Below, one piece after another: positions 29,050 to 37,414 of a DNA stretch of 64,000 nt (within the stretch, counting starts at the first letter, position 1; each line of letters begins with the position of its first letter). The notes beneath the pieces were generated by a model. The model had not been told where the DNA came from. It saw nothing but the letters and a program-made list of their open reading frames with translations, and did not search any database. The stretch comes from an uncultured Lachnospiraceae bacterium. Lineage in GTDB: Bacteria; Bacillota; Clostridia; Lachnospirales; Lachnospiraceae. Location of the stretch: positions 30,087-94,086 of the forward strand of contig ONCT01000001.1 of the NCBI GenBank assembly GCA_900316395.1. Direction: 5' to 3'. A program made the translations under genes and the position numbers.

Positions 29050-29427
29050 TTGGATGTTACTAGAGATGAAGTAAGAGACTATTTAAGTGAAGTAAAAAAA
29101 TCTGTTAATGATGGACGTTATCAGATATCACCTAGAACAAAGAATCAAAGTTTATATATAGATTATGTTTTTTCAGAAAAACGATGTAAGGAAATTCTAC
29201 TGGATTTGGAGGTTGATGATTTTTCTGATGCAGTACAAAATGATCACCCAGAGCATCCAGAGGAGGTTCTTTATATATTTGGCAAGGAAGTATCGTTATT
29301 ACCAAAATACGGGGGTGACGAAGAAACAGTTGCATTGTATATCAAGTTTAATAAACTGACTAACCTATATGTAATTGTAATATCTTTCCACAAGCAGGAT
29401 TATCCGCTAACTTATAAGTTTAAGTAA
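29050..29427 (+). CDS. MqsR-like type II toxin (putative mRNA interferase)
   Basis: TTG start after GGAG. LSEVKKSVNDGRYQIS and ...ALYIKFNKLTNLYVIVISFHKQ parallel E. coli MqsR (LSQVKKLVNAGQVRTT ... VYLKITVIHDVLIVSFKEK, recalled from memory). Immediately upstream of an antitoxin-type gene. Confidence 0.5.
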   Translation: MDVTRDEVRDYLSEVKKSVNDGRYQISPRTKNQSLYIDYVFSEKRCKEILLDLEVDDFSDAVQNDHPEHPEEVLYIFGKEVSLLPKYGGDEETVALYIKFNKLTNLYVIVISFHKQDYPLTYKFK

Positions 29428-29477
29428 GAACAGAAAAATAAGGAAAATAGAATAAGGAAAAAACGGAGGGCAATGAC

Positions 29478-30482
29478 ATGGCAAAGGAGAGGACACAGTT
29501 TTGTATAGAATGCAGAAAAGAAACTGGATATAAGATCAGAAGAGAACAGTGTACACATTGCATTAAAGGACAGGAATATACCTTTAATGTATTAAAAGCT
29601 GTATGTGAAGAATGTGGTGAGGAAGTTAACTTACCAGGGTTAATGGATAGCAATGCTAAATTAATTGATGAACAGTACAGAAATATAGAAAATCTTGTAT
29701 CCGTTGAGGATATTTATACATTAATGGAGATTTATAACATAGGAAAAGCTCCGTTATCATTGGCATTAGGATTTGGTGAAATCACAATTACTAGATATCT
29801 TCAGGGACAGTATCCATCAGTTGAATACTCTAGGATTATTCGAAAGGCATTATCTGATGCTGATTTTATGATGGATTGTCTCGAGGAGAATAAAGCAAAA
29901 GTGGGAGATACTGCATTCAGAAAGTCATGGAGTGCAGCAATGAAATTGAAGGAACTTGTGGATTCTGTATCTGAGAAGATGCTTATTACAATTTCATATA
30001 TCTTTGAAAAGACAGGAGAAATAACTCCACTTGCTTTACAGAAGATTCTTTACTATATACAGGGGATTTTTATGGTTAATTATGACAGACCGCTATTCAG
30101 TGAGGAATGTAAGGCTTGGGTGCATGGTCCTGTGTATGAAGACGTGTACGATATGTTCAAAGGATTTAAGTATAATCCAATTGAAGACAAAAGATTTGTG
30201 ATTTTCAAAGATAGATTTCAGATGCTCACAGATGAGGAGAAGGAAGTAATAGATATGGTTCTTAACTCATTTGGAATGTATAGTGGTAAAACATTGGAAA
30301 GAATTACTCATAAAGAATCACCTTGGGCTGATGTTTATGATGGTGATAATGTTTGTGGATATACAAATGAACCTATTACAAAAGGGGCTATCAAAGAATA
30401 CTTTAAGTCGATATCGCAGGATTTTGATCTCAAATCTGAGGAGGGATTAAAGAAGTATATTCAGAGTCAATTAGCTTGTTAA
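29478..30482 (+). CDS. antitoxin-type protein: MqsA-like zinc ribbon + HTH fused to DUF4065 (Panacea/SocA) domain
   Basis: CIECRKE...CTHC...CEECG zinc ribbon. HTH IGKAPLSLALGFGEITITRYLQGQ. DUF4065-like LQKILYYIQGIFMVNYDRPLFSEECKAWVHGPVYEDVY. Confidence 0.65.
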   Translation: MAKERTQFCIECRKETGYKIRREQCTHCIKGQEYTFNVLKAVCEECGEEVNLPGLMDSNAKLIDEQYRNIENLVSVEDIYTLMEIYNIGKAPLSLALGFGEITITRYLQGQYPSVEYSRIIRKALSDADFMMDCLEENKAKVGDTAFRKSWSAAMKLKELVDSVSEKMLITISYIFEKTGEITPLALQKILYYIQGIFMVNYDRPLFSEECKAWVHGPVYEDVYDMFKGFKYNPIEDKRFVIFKDRFQMLTDEEKEVIDMVLNSFGMYSGKTLERITHKESPWADVYDGDNVCGYTNEPITKGAIKEYFKSISQDFDLKSEEGLKKYIQSQLAC

Positions 30483-30528
30483 AACAGAAGTGGTATCAAA
30501 ATGTACACATTTTGGAACGCTCAGATAA

Positions 30529-30560
30529 GGTTGACAGGAGGACGGGGATTTGCGTTCAAC
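30529..30560 (+). repeat. GTTGACA-palindrome family copy (degenerate 3' arm)
   Basis: GGTTGACAGGAGGACGGGGATTTGCGTTCAAC. Confidence 0.6.
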
Positions 30561-30620
30561 TTTATTTTGAAAGGTGATTTATACATGAAAAAAATGCGGA
30601 TATCCGCAAAAATATCGCGA

Positions 30621-30650
30621 GGTTGACAAGGACCCGGTCCTTTTGTCACA
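30621..30650 (+). repeat. GTTGACA-palindrome family copy (most complete hairpin form)
   Basis: GGTTGACAAGGACCCGGTCCTTTTGTCACA, with inner stem AAGGAC/GTCCTT. Confidence 0.75.
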
Positions 30651-30673
30651 ATTGAGTAGGGAGGGAATCGATC

Positions 30674-31180
30674 ATGAGCAAAATAGAATTAGTTCGTGGA
30701 AGCGTTGTGGAAATGGAAGTTGACGCCATAGTCAATGCCGCTAATAGTAGTTTGCTAGGAGGCGGCGGAGTAGATGGTGCAATTCACCGTGCTGCAGGAC
30801 CAAAGCTTTTAGAAGAGTGCAGAACATTAAATGGATGTGACACTGGTGATGCTAAGATTACGAAGGCATACAACATCAAGAACGCAAAGTACATAATACA
30901 TACAGTAGGTCCTGTCTATAGTGGTTCTAAAGAGGATGCCATTCTTCTAGCCTCATGCTACACGAAGAGCTTGGACTTGGCATTAGAGAATGGATGTAGC
31001 AGCATTGCATTTCCAGGAATATCAACAGGAGTGTACGGATATCCCATAGATGAGGCTGCCAAGGTCTCTTTAGATGCCATCAATAAATGGATAGACAATC
31101 ACCCAGCCGCTGATATAAATGTGTATTTATGTTGCTTTAGACATAGAGAAATGGCAGCATACGAAGATATACTGCGTTAA
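30674..31180 (+). CDS. macro-domain protein (O-acetyl-ADP-ribose deacetylase / ADP-ribose-binding, YmdB-like)
   Basis: [24 protein letters not shown] and [13 protein letters not shown] motifs. Confidence 0.85.
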   Translation: MSKIELVRGSVVEMEVDAIVNAANSSLLGGGGVDGAIHRAAGPKLLEECRTLNGCDTGDAKITKAYNIKNAKYIIHTVGPVYSGSKEDAILLASCYTKSLDLALENGCSSIAFPGISTGVYGYPIDEAAKVSLDAINKWIDNHPAADINVYLCCFRHREMAAYEDILR

Positions 31181-31219
31181 TAACAACGCATTTAAAAAAC
31201 TAACGGGAGGCAACTCTTA

Positions 31220-32494
31220 ATGAAAAATTTGAAAAGATTAATTTCTTTGCTGCTTGTAGTAACATTTTGTATAACAGGAGTCTGTGGATGTGGCAATGCA
31301 AACAACCCGAATAACACGACACAAAGCATTGTAAAGAATAATCTTTCTAAAGACGGTTATAAACTAGAGCAGGTGGTAGTTCTTAGCCGTCACAACATTC
31401 GCTCACCCTTATCAGAGAAGGGCTCTGTATTAGATACTATGACGCCTCATAACTGGATTCCATGGTCCTCTAAAGCAAGCGAAATATCTCTTCGAGGAGG
31501 CATCTTAGAAACCGAGATGGGACAGTATTTTAGAAAATGGTTAGAGAAGGAAGGACTGTTCCCTGAGAACTATATGCCACGTGACGGGGAAGTTAGAATC
31601 TATGCCAATTCGAAGCAGCGCACAATTTCGACTGCCAATTATTTCAAGACAGGTCTTCTTCCTGTAAGTAATCAGCCAGTGGAGTATCATATGGAATTTG
31701 ATGCTATGGATCCTGTTTTTAATCCACGTCTTACCAATATTAATGATCAGTTTAAAGAAGAGGCTCTGCAGCAGATGACAGAGATTTATAATTCGCGTAT
31801 GGCAGAAATCTCAGACAATTATAAGCTTCTTGAAGAAGTTATTGATGTAGAAGAATCGGAGGATTATAAGTCTGGCAAATTCACAGAATTTAAACCAGGT
31901 GATGATACATTTTCACTAGAGGAAATGAACGAGCCGGCGTTGAAGGGCTCTCTAAAAACAGCATGTTCTTTAAGCGACGCATTAGTGCTCCAATATTACG
32001 AGGCTAATCCCCAGAACGTGGCTTTCGGCAAGCATCTAAGCATGAAGCAGTGGAAAGATATTGCCGAGATTAAGGATGCATATCAGGATGTATTATTTTC
32101 AGCACCTAAGATTGCAACTAATATAGCCAGCCCACTTCTTAAGGAGATTAAGGCTGAGCTTGATAACAATACTCGTAGCTTTTCTTTTCTATGTGGACAT
32201 GACTCTAATATATCAAGCGTGATGTCTGCCCTATCAATAGAGGATTATAATCTGCCAAATGCTATTGAGAAGACACCTATCGGATGTAAATTGGTATTTT
32301 GTAAGTGGGTAGATTCTTCTGGCAAAGAATACATTAGCGTTGATATGGTAAATCAGACCATTGATCAGCTTAAGGGGATGAATCTTCTTGACGAAAGTAA
32401 TCCGCCATGTATAGTGGAGCTTAAGTTTAATGGTCTTGAGCCTAATCCTAATGGTCTATACACACTTGAAGATGTAATGAAACGATTTAATTGA
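31220..32494 (+). CDS. histidine acid phosphatase family lipoprotein (Agp/AppA-like)
   Basis: Lipobox TGVCGCGN. RHNIRSP (RHGxRxP) catalytic motif. CGHDSN (HD motif). Confidence 0.8.
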   Translation: MKNLKRLISLLLVVTFCITGVCGCGNANNPNNTTQSIVKNNLSKDGYKLEQVVVLSRHNIRSPLSEKGSVLDTMTPHNWIPWSSKASEISLRGGILETEMGQYFRKWLEKEGLFPENYMPRDGEVRIYANSKQRTISTANYFKTGLLPVSNQPVEYHMEFDAMDPVFNPRLTNINDQFKEEALQQMTEIYNSRMAEISDNYKLLEEVIDVEESEDYKSGKFTEFKPGDDTFSLEEMNEPALKGSLKTACSLSDALVLQYYEANPQNVAFGKHLSMKQWKDIAEIKDAYQDVLFSAPKIATNIASPLLKEIKAELDNNTRSFSFLCGHDSNISSVMSALSIEDYNLPNAIEKTPIGCKLVFCKWVDSSGKEYISVDMVNQTIDQLKGMNLLDESNPPCIVELKFNGLEPNPNGLYTLEDVMKRFN

Positions 32495-32531
32495 CAGGTG
32501 CTCAGAAGATTTTAGGTGATAAAAAAAAGAT

Positions 32532-32559
32532 TTCAAAAAAATGTCGCATTTTGTATAAT
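32532..32559 (+). promoter_or_regulatory. possible promoter of the Nif11-leader peptide gene
   Basis: TTCAAA, 16 nt spacer, TATAAT. Confidence 0.4.
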
Positions 32560-32605
32560 TTATGTGTATATATAAGTGAAAAGAAAATTGGCAGGGGGAT
32601 TAGCA

Positions 32606-32633
32606 AAGTTGCAGTCCTTTTGTTGATAATATT
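32606..32633 (+). repeat. degenerate GTTGACA-palindrome family copy in the 5' UTR of the Nif11-leader peptide gene
   Basis: AAGTTGCAGTCCTTTTGTTGATAATATT. Compare GGTTGACAGGGGTCCTTTTGTCAAATATT (reverse complement of 43019-43047). Confidence 0.4.
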
Positions 32634-32654
32634 AATAAGAAGGGGGTAATTATT

Positions 32655-32951
32655 ATGAGAAATGATTTATTAAAGGGATTAACAGATGAGCAGATTAAGA
32701 AGGTAGAAGCTTGCAAGAGTCCAGACGAAATCTTAGCACTTGCTAAGGCAGAAGGTGTTGAACTTTCTGAAGAGCAACTAGAAGCAGTAAGTGGTGGTTG
32801 TGGAACAGATAAAAACAAAAATAAGATGCATTGCTACTGTTGTGGTTCCTACGATATGAAGTATTATGCCAGAGAAGGAGATAAGAAAGCATATTGGGAA
32901 TGCCAAAAGTGTGGAGCAGATTTCCCTATGTCAAACTCAATCGTAGATTAA
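32655..32951 (+). CDS. Nif11-like-leader peptide precursor (putative RiPP/bacteriocin precursor) with Cys-rich core
   Basis: Leader KSPDEILALAKAEGVELSEEQLEAVSGG ends in a double-Gly. The 50-aa core has 7 Cys, including CYCC and CQKC. Confidence 0.7.
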   Translation: MRNDLLKGLTDEQIKKVEACKSPDEILALAKAEGVELSEEQLEAVSGGCGTDKNKNKMHCYCCGSYDMKYYAREGDKKAYWECQKCGADFPMSNSIVD

Positions 32952-32960
32952 CAGGATAAA

Positions 32961-32998
32961 GAAAATCACCTGGATTTTGAAAGCCAGGTGATTTTTTT
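32961..32998. terminator. bidirectional intrinsic terminator between the convergent peptide and GGDEF genes
   Basis: AAAATCACCTGG-attttgaaag-CCAGGTGATTTT, with an A-run before and a T-run after. Confidence 0.85.
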
Positions 32999-33018
32999 GC
33001 GTTTAGAACTTACATGAT

Positions 33019-34389
33019 TTATGATTTTCCACCATAAAAGGCAATGCCATTTCTTCCGTTTTCCTTAACCCTATACAAAGCCTCATCAGCTTGCTTGAAT
33101 AGTTCATCTCTTGTGATTCCGTCATCACCAAAGGCTACACCAGCGCTGACTGAAACAGGGGGAATGTTTTCTTCTTCATTCCCCTTTAATAGGGTTTCAT
33201 TAATATTCTTTATTTTCTTACTAATGAGCTTAGAAAGTCTGCTATCAGCATTTACCATAATTACAGCCATTTCGTCGCCACCAATTCTACAGATATAATC
33301 CTGTGAACGGAAGCTTCCGAATACTGAATCCGATACTTTAATTAATACCTTATCTCCAATATCATGACCATATGTGTCATTTATATCCTTGAATTTGTCT
33401 AAGTCCACAAGTATAAGTGCAGCTGTATCCAAATCCAGATTCTCCATTAAGAACTCATAACCACGACGATTGTACAATCCTGTAAGCTTGTCATGTGTAG
33501 CCTGGTATGTGAGCTTCTCTTTTTTCTTTAGGTTAGTATGGTGCATAAGATTATATGTTTTTGCCAAGAATCTTATCTCGTAAGCACCCTTAACTGGAAT
33601 ATCCTCTTCGTCTCGAATCTTCTCTACACATTTCTGTAATGGAGAGATAACAAGTGTTGATGTTAGGAACACTATTAACAGCATTATTGCAATAAGAATA
33701 ACAGTAAGAATATGCTCTCCAGCCACTTGCTTTTTGAGCATCGCAGCCATATTAGCCTGTTCTGTTTCCATCTCAACTTCTAATTCTGTCAGACATGTCT
33801 GCATATGGTCTGAGATAATATCCTTCTTGTTCTGATAGTCTTTTCCAAAAACTACCTTCTCGGCTTCAACTTTTTTATCATCAGATGATAAATTCATAAT
33901 CCATGTAGGAAGCTCAACATTCTGTATCTCCTCAGGATAATCCGAGATATCATATCCATAAGCAGCAACAGCAATTCGTGCAGCATAATACTCATCATTC
34001 ATAAGAGCCATTGATTCCTTCATGGCTTCATTCAGATTAAAGAAAGCAACAGACTGACCACGATATGCCTCTAGCATGGCAAGGGCATTATCCCTTCTTT
34101 TTGTTTCCTTTGCTTCTTTAAAATAGTTGTCAAGATATGTTTTGTCTCCAGAAGTTACGAAGAATCTGATTTGCTCTGTCAGATAATCTGACGCCTGTTG
34201 CAATTCATAGGCACCTTTTCGTACACTGAAAATGCTCTGAGTAGTATTATGCGTCTCATCATATATCTCAGTTGTCTGATGCATGGCGATAGATAGAATT
34301 ATAGTAATGACAACCGCCATAGCAAGCATTATGTAATTTAGTGCTTTTAGGGAAACTCCTTGTCTTACAATATCCTTTATCTTCTTCAT
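33019..34389 (-). CDS. membrane sensor diguanylate cyclase (GGDEF domain, GGDEM variant)
   Basis: Two TM segments flank an extracytoplasmic domain. C-terminal GGDEF fold with an RSQD I-site 5 residues before GGDEM. Confidence 0.8.
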   Translation of the reverse strand: MKKIKDIVRQGVSLKALNYIMLAMAVVITIILSIAMHQTTEIYDETHNTTQSIFSVRKGAYELQQASDYLTEQIRFFVTSGDKTYLDNYFKEAKETKRRDNALAMLEAYRGQSVAFFNLNEAMKESMALMNDEYYAARIAVAAYGYDISDYPEEIQNVELPTWIMNLSSDDKKVEAEKVVFGKDYQNKKDIISDHMQTCLTELEVEMETEQANMAAMLKKQVAGEHILTVILIAIMLLIVFLTSTLVISPLQKCVEKIRDEEDIPVKGAYEIRFLAKTYNLMHHTNLKKKEKLTYQATHDKLTGLYNRRGYEFLMENLDLDTAALILVDLDKFKDINDTYGHDIGDKVLIKVSDSVFGSFRSQDYICRIGGDEMAVIMVNADSRLSKLISKKIKNINETLLKGNEEENIPPVSVSAGVAFGDDGITRDELFKQADEALYRVKENGRNGIAFYGGKS

Positions 34390-34486
34390 AGTGTCCTCGA
34401 AAATGAATTATTTGATATACAAGTTTTGGAAACTCGCATAGTCACAATCTCCATTTTACCACAAAAACGGAATTTTACCAAATATT

Positions 34487-34532
34487 CATCAAAAACAACT
34501 ATTCCAGACCATCAAAAACAACTATTCCAGAC
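34487..34532. repeat. perfect tandem duplication of a 23-mer (CATCAAAAACAACTATTCCAGAC x2)
   Basis: 34487-34509 equals 34510-34532. The second copy contains the stop and last codons of the DUF3021 gene. Confidence 0.9.
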
Positions 34533-34998
34533 CTTTTTCTTTGCGACTAGATATAACATCGTTGATTGTTTCAACATCGGATTTGTATGACATATAAATT
34601 ATTATCCAGACAATCACATACATTACAACTGATATTGCAAATGAGATAATAAGTGCTTTTACATTTGTAGGTGATATTATTCTTAAGAAAAATGTTGCAC
34701 TATAGAAGCAGAATAATATCAAAAGAAAATGAACCGTAGTTGCCTTAAGAATACTCCAGCTTTCTATCTCATATATGCAGGAGCTTGCAAATCCTACTGC
34801 TCCATACAGACCACATACCAGGGAATGAAGAATGAAGGCAAGTACGGGATTTCCAATGAATTCCGAAAAACCGGTTGTACACATATATAGTTTGCCGTCG
34901 CCCATTACAATTGACATTACAATAGGTGTTATAATAACGCCGACCATAAAACCTATTACGAAGCCAATTAAGGCTCTGTTAATCACTGTTCTTTTCAT
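34522..34998 (-). CDS. DUF3021-type membrane protein
   Basis: 158 aa, 4-5 TM. Classic partner gene downstream of a LytTR protein. Confidence 0.6.
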   Translation of the reverse strand: MKRTVINRALIGFVIGFMVGVIITPIVMSIVMGDGKLYMCTTGFSEFIGNPVLAFILHSLVCGLYGAVGFASSCIYEIESWSILKATTVHFLLILFCFYSATFFLRIISPTNVKALIISFAISVVMYVIVWIIIYMSYKSDVETINDVISSRKEKGLE

Positions 34999-35013
34999 TT
35001 ATGTTACCCTCCT

Positions 35014-35481
35014 TTAGTTATTCTTTATGAGAAGGTTTTTGATTTTTTTGACATAGTTGCGTGAAGCAAAAGAAGTGACACCATTGTCAAATTCGATGCC
35101 AATAGTTCCCACATGGTTGATGTCAAAGCACTTTACCTTGTTAATGTTGATTATTTCAGATTGCGATATTCTCATGAACCTGTCGGGATTAAGATTTTTC
35201 TCTGTGCCCGACAGAGTGTTCTTGATTCTGTATTCGCCCTCCTTAGTCTGTGCAGTAACAATATGTCCCTGGCTATATATCCTGATTATGTCTCTTTGGG
35301 CTAAGCGCATAGCCACATCCTCATTATATGCAACAATAGTAGGCGAAGTGCTCTTTGACACCTTTTCTATTGCGTCAATAATGCTTTCTACCTGTTCGTT
35401 TCTTCTTCTTGCTTTAATCGTAACTTCAGGCTCAATACATTTTATATCTAATACTAATTTGACATCGATATTGTTCTTCAT
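35014..35481 (-). CDS. LytTR-family DNA-binding protein (stand-alone)
   Basis: 155 aa. C-terminal FMRISQSEIININKV...IEFDNG pattern typical of the LytTR domain. Confidence 0.7.
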   Translation of the reverse strand: MKNNIDVKLVLDIKCIEPEVTIKARRRNEQVESIIDAIEKVSKSTSPTIVAYNEDVAMRLAQRDIIRIYSQGHIVTAQTKEGEYRIKNTLSGTEKNLNPDRFMRISQSEIININKVKCFDINHVGTIGIEFDNGVTSFASRNYVKKIKNLLIKNN

Positions 35482-35593
35482 TTCTAATCCCTTCAGCTGT
35501 TAAGACGTTACATTTATTATAAGAACATTATTAATTCGAGTAAATATTCTTTGCTTATTCGGTTGTTTTGAGAACTTATTTGGTAAAAAAGCC

Positions 35594-35622
35594 TTGACAA
35601 ATTTATAACATAGTTTTATACT
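35594..35622 (+). promoter_or_regulatory. sigma-A-type promoter of asnB
   Basis: TTGACA, 17 nt spacer, TATACT. Confidence 0.65.
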
Positions 35623-35632
35623 GTGCATTGTA

Positions 35633-35648
35633 AAGACAAAGGCGTCTT
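35633..35648 (+). promoter_or_regulatory. hexaloop hairpin (candidate ANTAR-bound antiterminator) in the asnB leader
   Basis: AAGAC-AAAGGC-GUCUU. The loop and 3' arm overlap the 5' arm of the terminator. Confidence 0.55.
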
Positions 35649-35680
35649 GAAGTTTAATACTTCAAGGCGCCATTTTTTTA
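35641..35680 (+). terminator. leader (attenuator) terminator upstream of asnB
   Basis: GGCGTCTTGAAG-tttaata-CTTCAAGGCGCC followed by A-T7, about 30 nt before the asnB start. Confidence 0.8.
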
Positions 35681-35709
35681 TATTTTTTTAGGAAAGGTGG
35701 TAAAAGGCA

Positions 35710-37359
35710 ATGTGTTCAATTATGGGATATTGTGGCACGAAGATGTCTTATGAAGACTTCAAGCGCTCATTATCTAAGACAAAAACCAGAGGACCTGACG
35801 TAAGCAGGATTATTAAGACTAACAGAGGATATCTTGGATTCAATAGATTATCCATCATGGGACTTAATAATAATGGAATGCAGCCTTTTGTATTTAAGGA
35901 TAGTTCCACACTAATCTATGATGTGACTTCAGATGCGCCTTGCTACGGAGAGCCAACTGATTATGACTATGCCCTTGTATGCAACGGTGAGATATATGGC
36001 TTTCGTGATTTGAAGGAGACATTAATTGGACAGGGTTATTCCTTCATAAGCGATTCGGATTGCGAAATCCTTCCTGCCATGTATAAGGAATGCGGAGTCG
36101 ATATGTTCAAGATGCTGGATGCAGAATTCGCCCTTGTCTTATATGACAATAAGACTGATTCATATATAGCAGCAAGAGACCCTATTGGAATTAGACCTTT
36201 GTATTATGGTGTTGACGAGGACGGAAGCTACATTTTCGCATCGGAGCCTAAGAACCTGGTAAATGTTGTTAAGAACATCAAACCATTTCCACCAGGTCAT
36301 TACTTTAAGGATGGAGAATTTGTATGCTACAGAGACTTATCAGAAGTTGAAGTATACAACAATGATAGTAAAGAAGTTATATTAGGTAACATACATGACC
36401 TGCTAATCGAAGGTGTAGATAAGCGACTTGATTCTGACTCACCAGTTGGGTTCCTTCTATCAGGAGGACTTGATTCTTCCCTTGTGTGTGGCATCGCTGC
36501 ACAGCTTATGCCAAGACCTCTTGAGACATGGGCAATAGGAATGGATATAGATGCTATTGATCTAAAATACGCAAGAGAGGTTGCAGACTTCATTGGCTCT
36601 AATCATCACGAGATAATCATTACGAAGAAGGATGTGCAGGATGCGCTAGAGCCTGTTATCGAAGCACTTGGTACTTATGACATAACAACTATTAGAGCAT
36701 CAATTGGAATGTATCTTCTGTGCAAGGCAATTCATGAGCAGTCAGATAACAAGGTTATCCTAACAGGTGAGATATCAGATGAAATCTTTGGATATAAATA
36801 CACCGACTTTGCTCCATCGCCAGAAGAATTCCAGAAGGAATCTCAGAAGCGTATACGAGAGATACATATGTATGACGTGCTGCGAGCAGACAGATGTATA
36901 AGTGTTAATTCACTTGAGGCCAGAGTTCCATTTGGTGACCATGATTTTGTGGAGTATTGCATGTCCATTAATCCGGACACCAAAATGAATCATTATGGCA
37001 AAGGTAAATACTTACTTAGAAAAGCATTCGAGAAGGACAAGATAATACCAGATGATATATTGTGGCGAGAGAAGGCAGCATTTTCAGATGCTGTAGGACA
37101 CTCACTTAAGGATGATTTGGTTGAACTTGCAGAAGCAACCTACTCTGATAAGGAGTACGAGGACAAGATTAAGAAATACAAGCATGCAACACCATTTACC
37201 AAGGAGTCGTTACTATATCGTGAGATATTCGAGAAGTATTATCCTGATGAGTCAGAGATGGTAATAGACTTCTGGATGCCTAACAAGAGCTGGGACGGCT
37301 GCAATGTAAATGACCCATCAGCCAGAGTTCTATCCAACTACGGCGCCAGCGGAGTTTGA
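35710..37359 (+). CDS. asnB: asparagine synthase (glutamine-hydrolysing)
   Basis: N-terminal MC... Ntn amidotransferase. PP-loop LLSGGLDSSLV. 549 aa. Confidence 0.9.
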   Translation: MCSIMGYCGTKMSYEDFKRSLSKTKTRGPDVSRIIKTNRGYLGFNRLSIMGLNNNGMQPFVFKDSSTLIYDVTSDAPCYGEPTDYDYALVCNGEIYGFRDLKETLIGQGYSFISDSDCEILPAMYKECGVDMFKMLDAEFALVLYDNKTDSYIAARDPIGIRPLYYGVDEDGSYIFASEPKNLVNVVKNIKPFPPGHYFKDGEFVCYRDLSEVEVYNNDSKEVILGNIHDLLIEGVDKRLDSDSPVGFLLSGGLDSSLVCGIAAQLMPRPLETWAIGMDIDAIDLKYAREVADFIGSNHHEIIITKKDVQDALEPVIEALGTYDITTIRASIGMYLLCKAIHEQSDNKVILTGEISDEIFGYKYTDFAPSPEEFQKESQKRIREIHMYDVLRADRCISVNSLEARVPFGDHDFVEYCMSINPDTKMNHYGKGKYLLRKAFEKDKIIPDDILWREKAAFSDAVGHSLKDDLVELAEATYSDKEYEDKIKKYKHATPFTKESLLYREIFEKYYPDESEMVIDFWMPNKSWDGCNVNDPSARVLSNYGASGV

Positions 37360-37383
37360 CACGGGGACGTACCTTTTGTCAAC
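37354..37383 (+). repeat. GTTGACA-palindrome family copy containing the asnB stop codon
   Basis: GTTTGACACGGGGACGTACCTTTTGTCAAC. TGA at 37357-37359. Confidence 0.75.
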
Positions 37384-37388
37384 TTTGT

Positions 37389-37409
37389 GTTGACAAAGTC
37401 TTTGTCAAC
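37389..37409 (+). repeat. GTTGACA-palindrome family, compact unit
   Basis: GTTGACAAAG-T-CTTTGTCAAC. Confidence 0.75.
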
Positions 37410-37414
37410 CATGT

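Noticed and set aside
30585-30626. 13-codon mini-ORF MKKMRISAKISRG with an AGGTGA-like SD, ending on the TGA of a GTTGACA element
   Set aside because: It is too short to support as a gene, and a palindrome lies inside it. I kept it only as a data point for the stop-in-element observation.
37378-37396. Resemblance of TGTCAAC-N5-GTTGACA to GlnR/TnrA boxes (TGTNA-N7-TNACA)
   Set aside because: The spacing between TGTCA and TGACA is 9 nt here, not 7. The same motif also occurs at sites unrelated to nitrogen genes.
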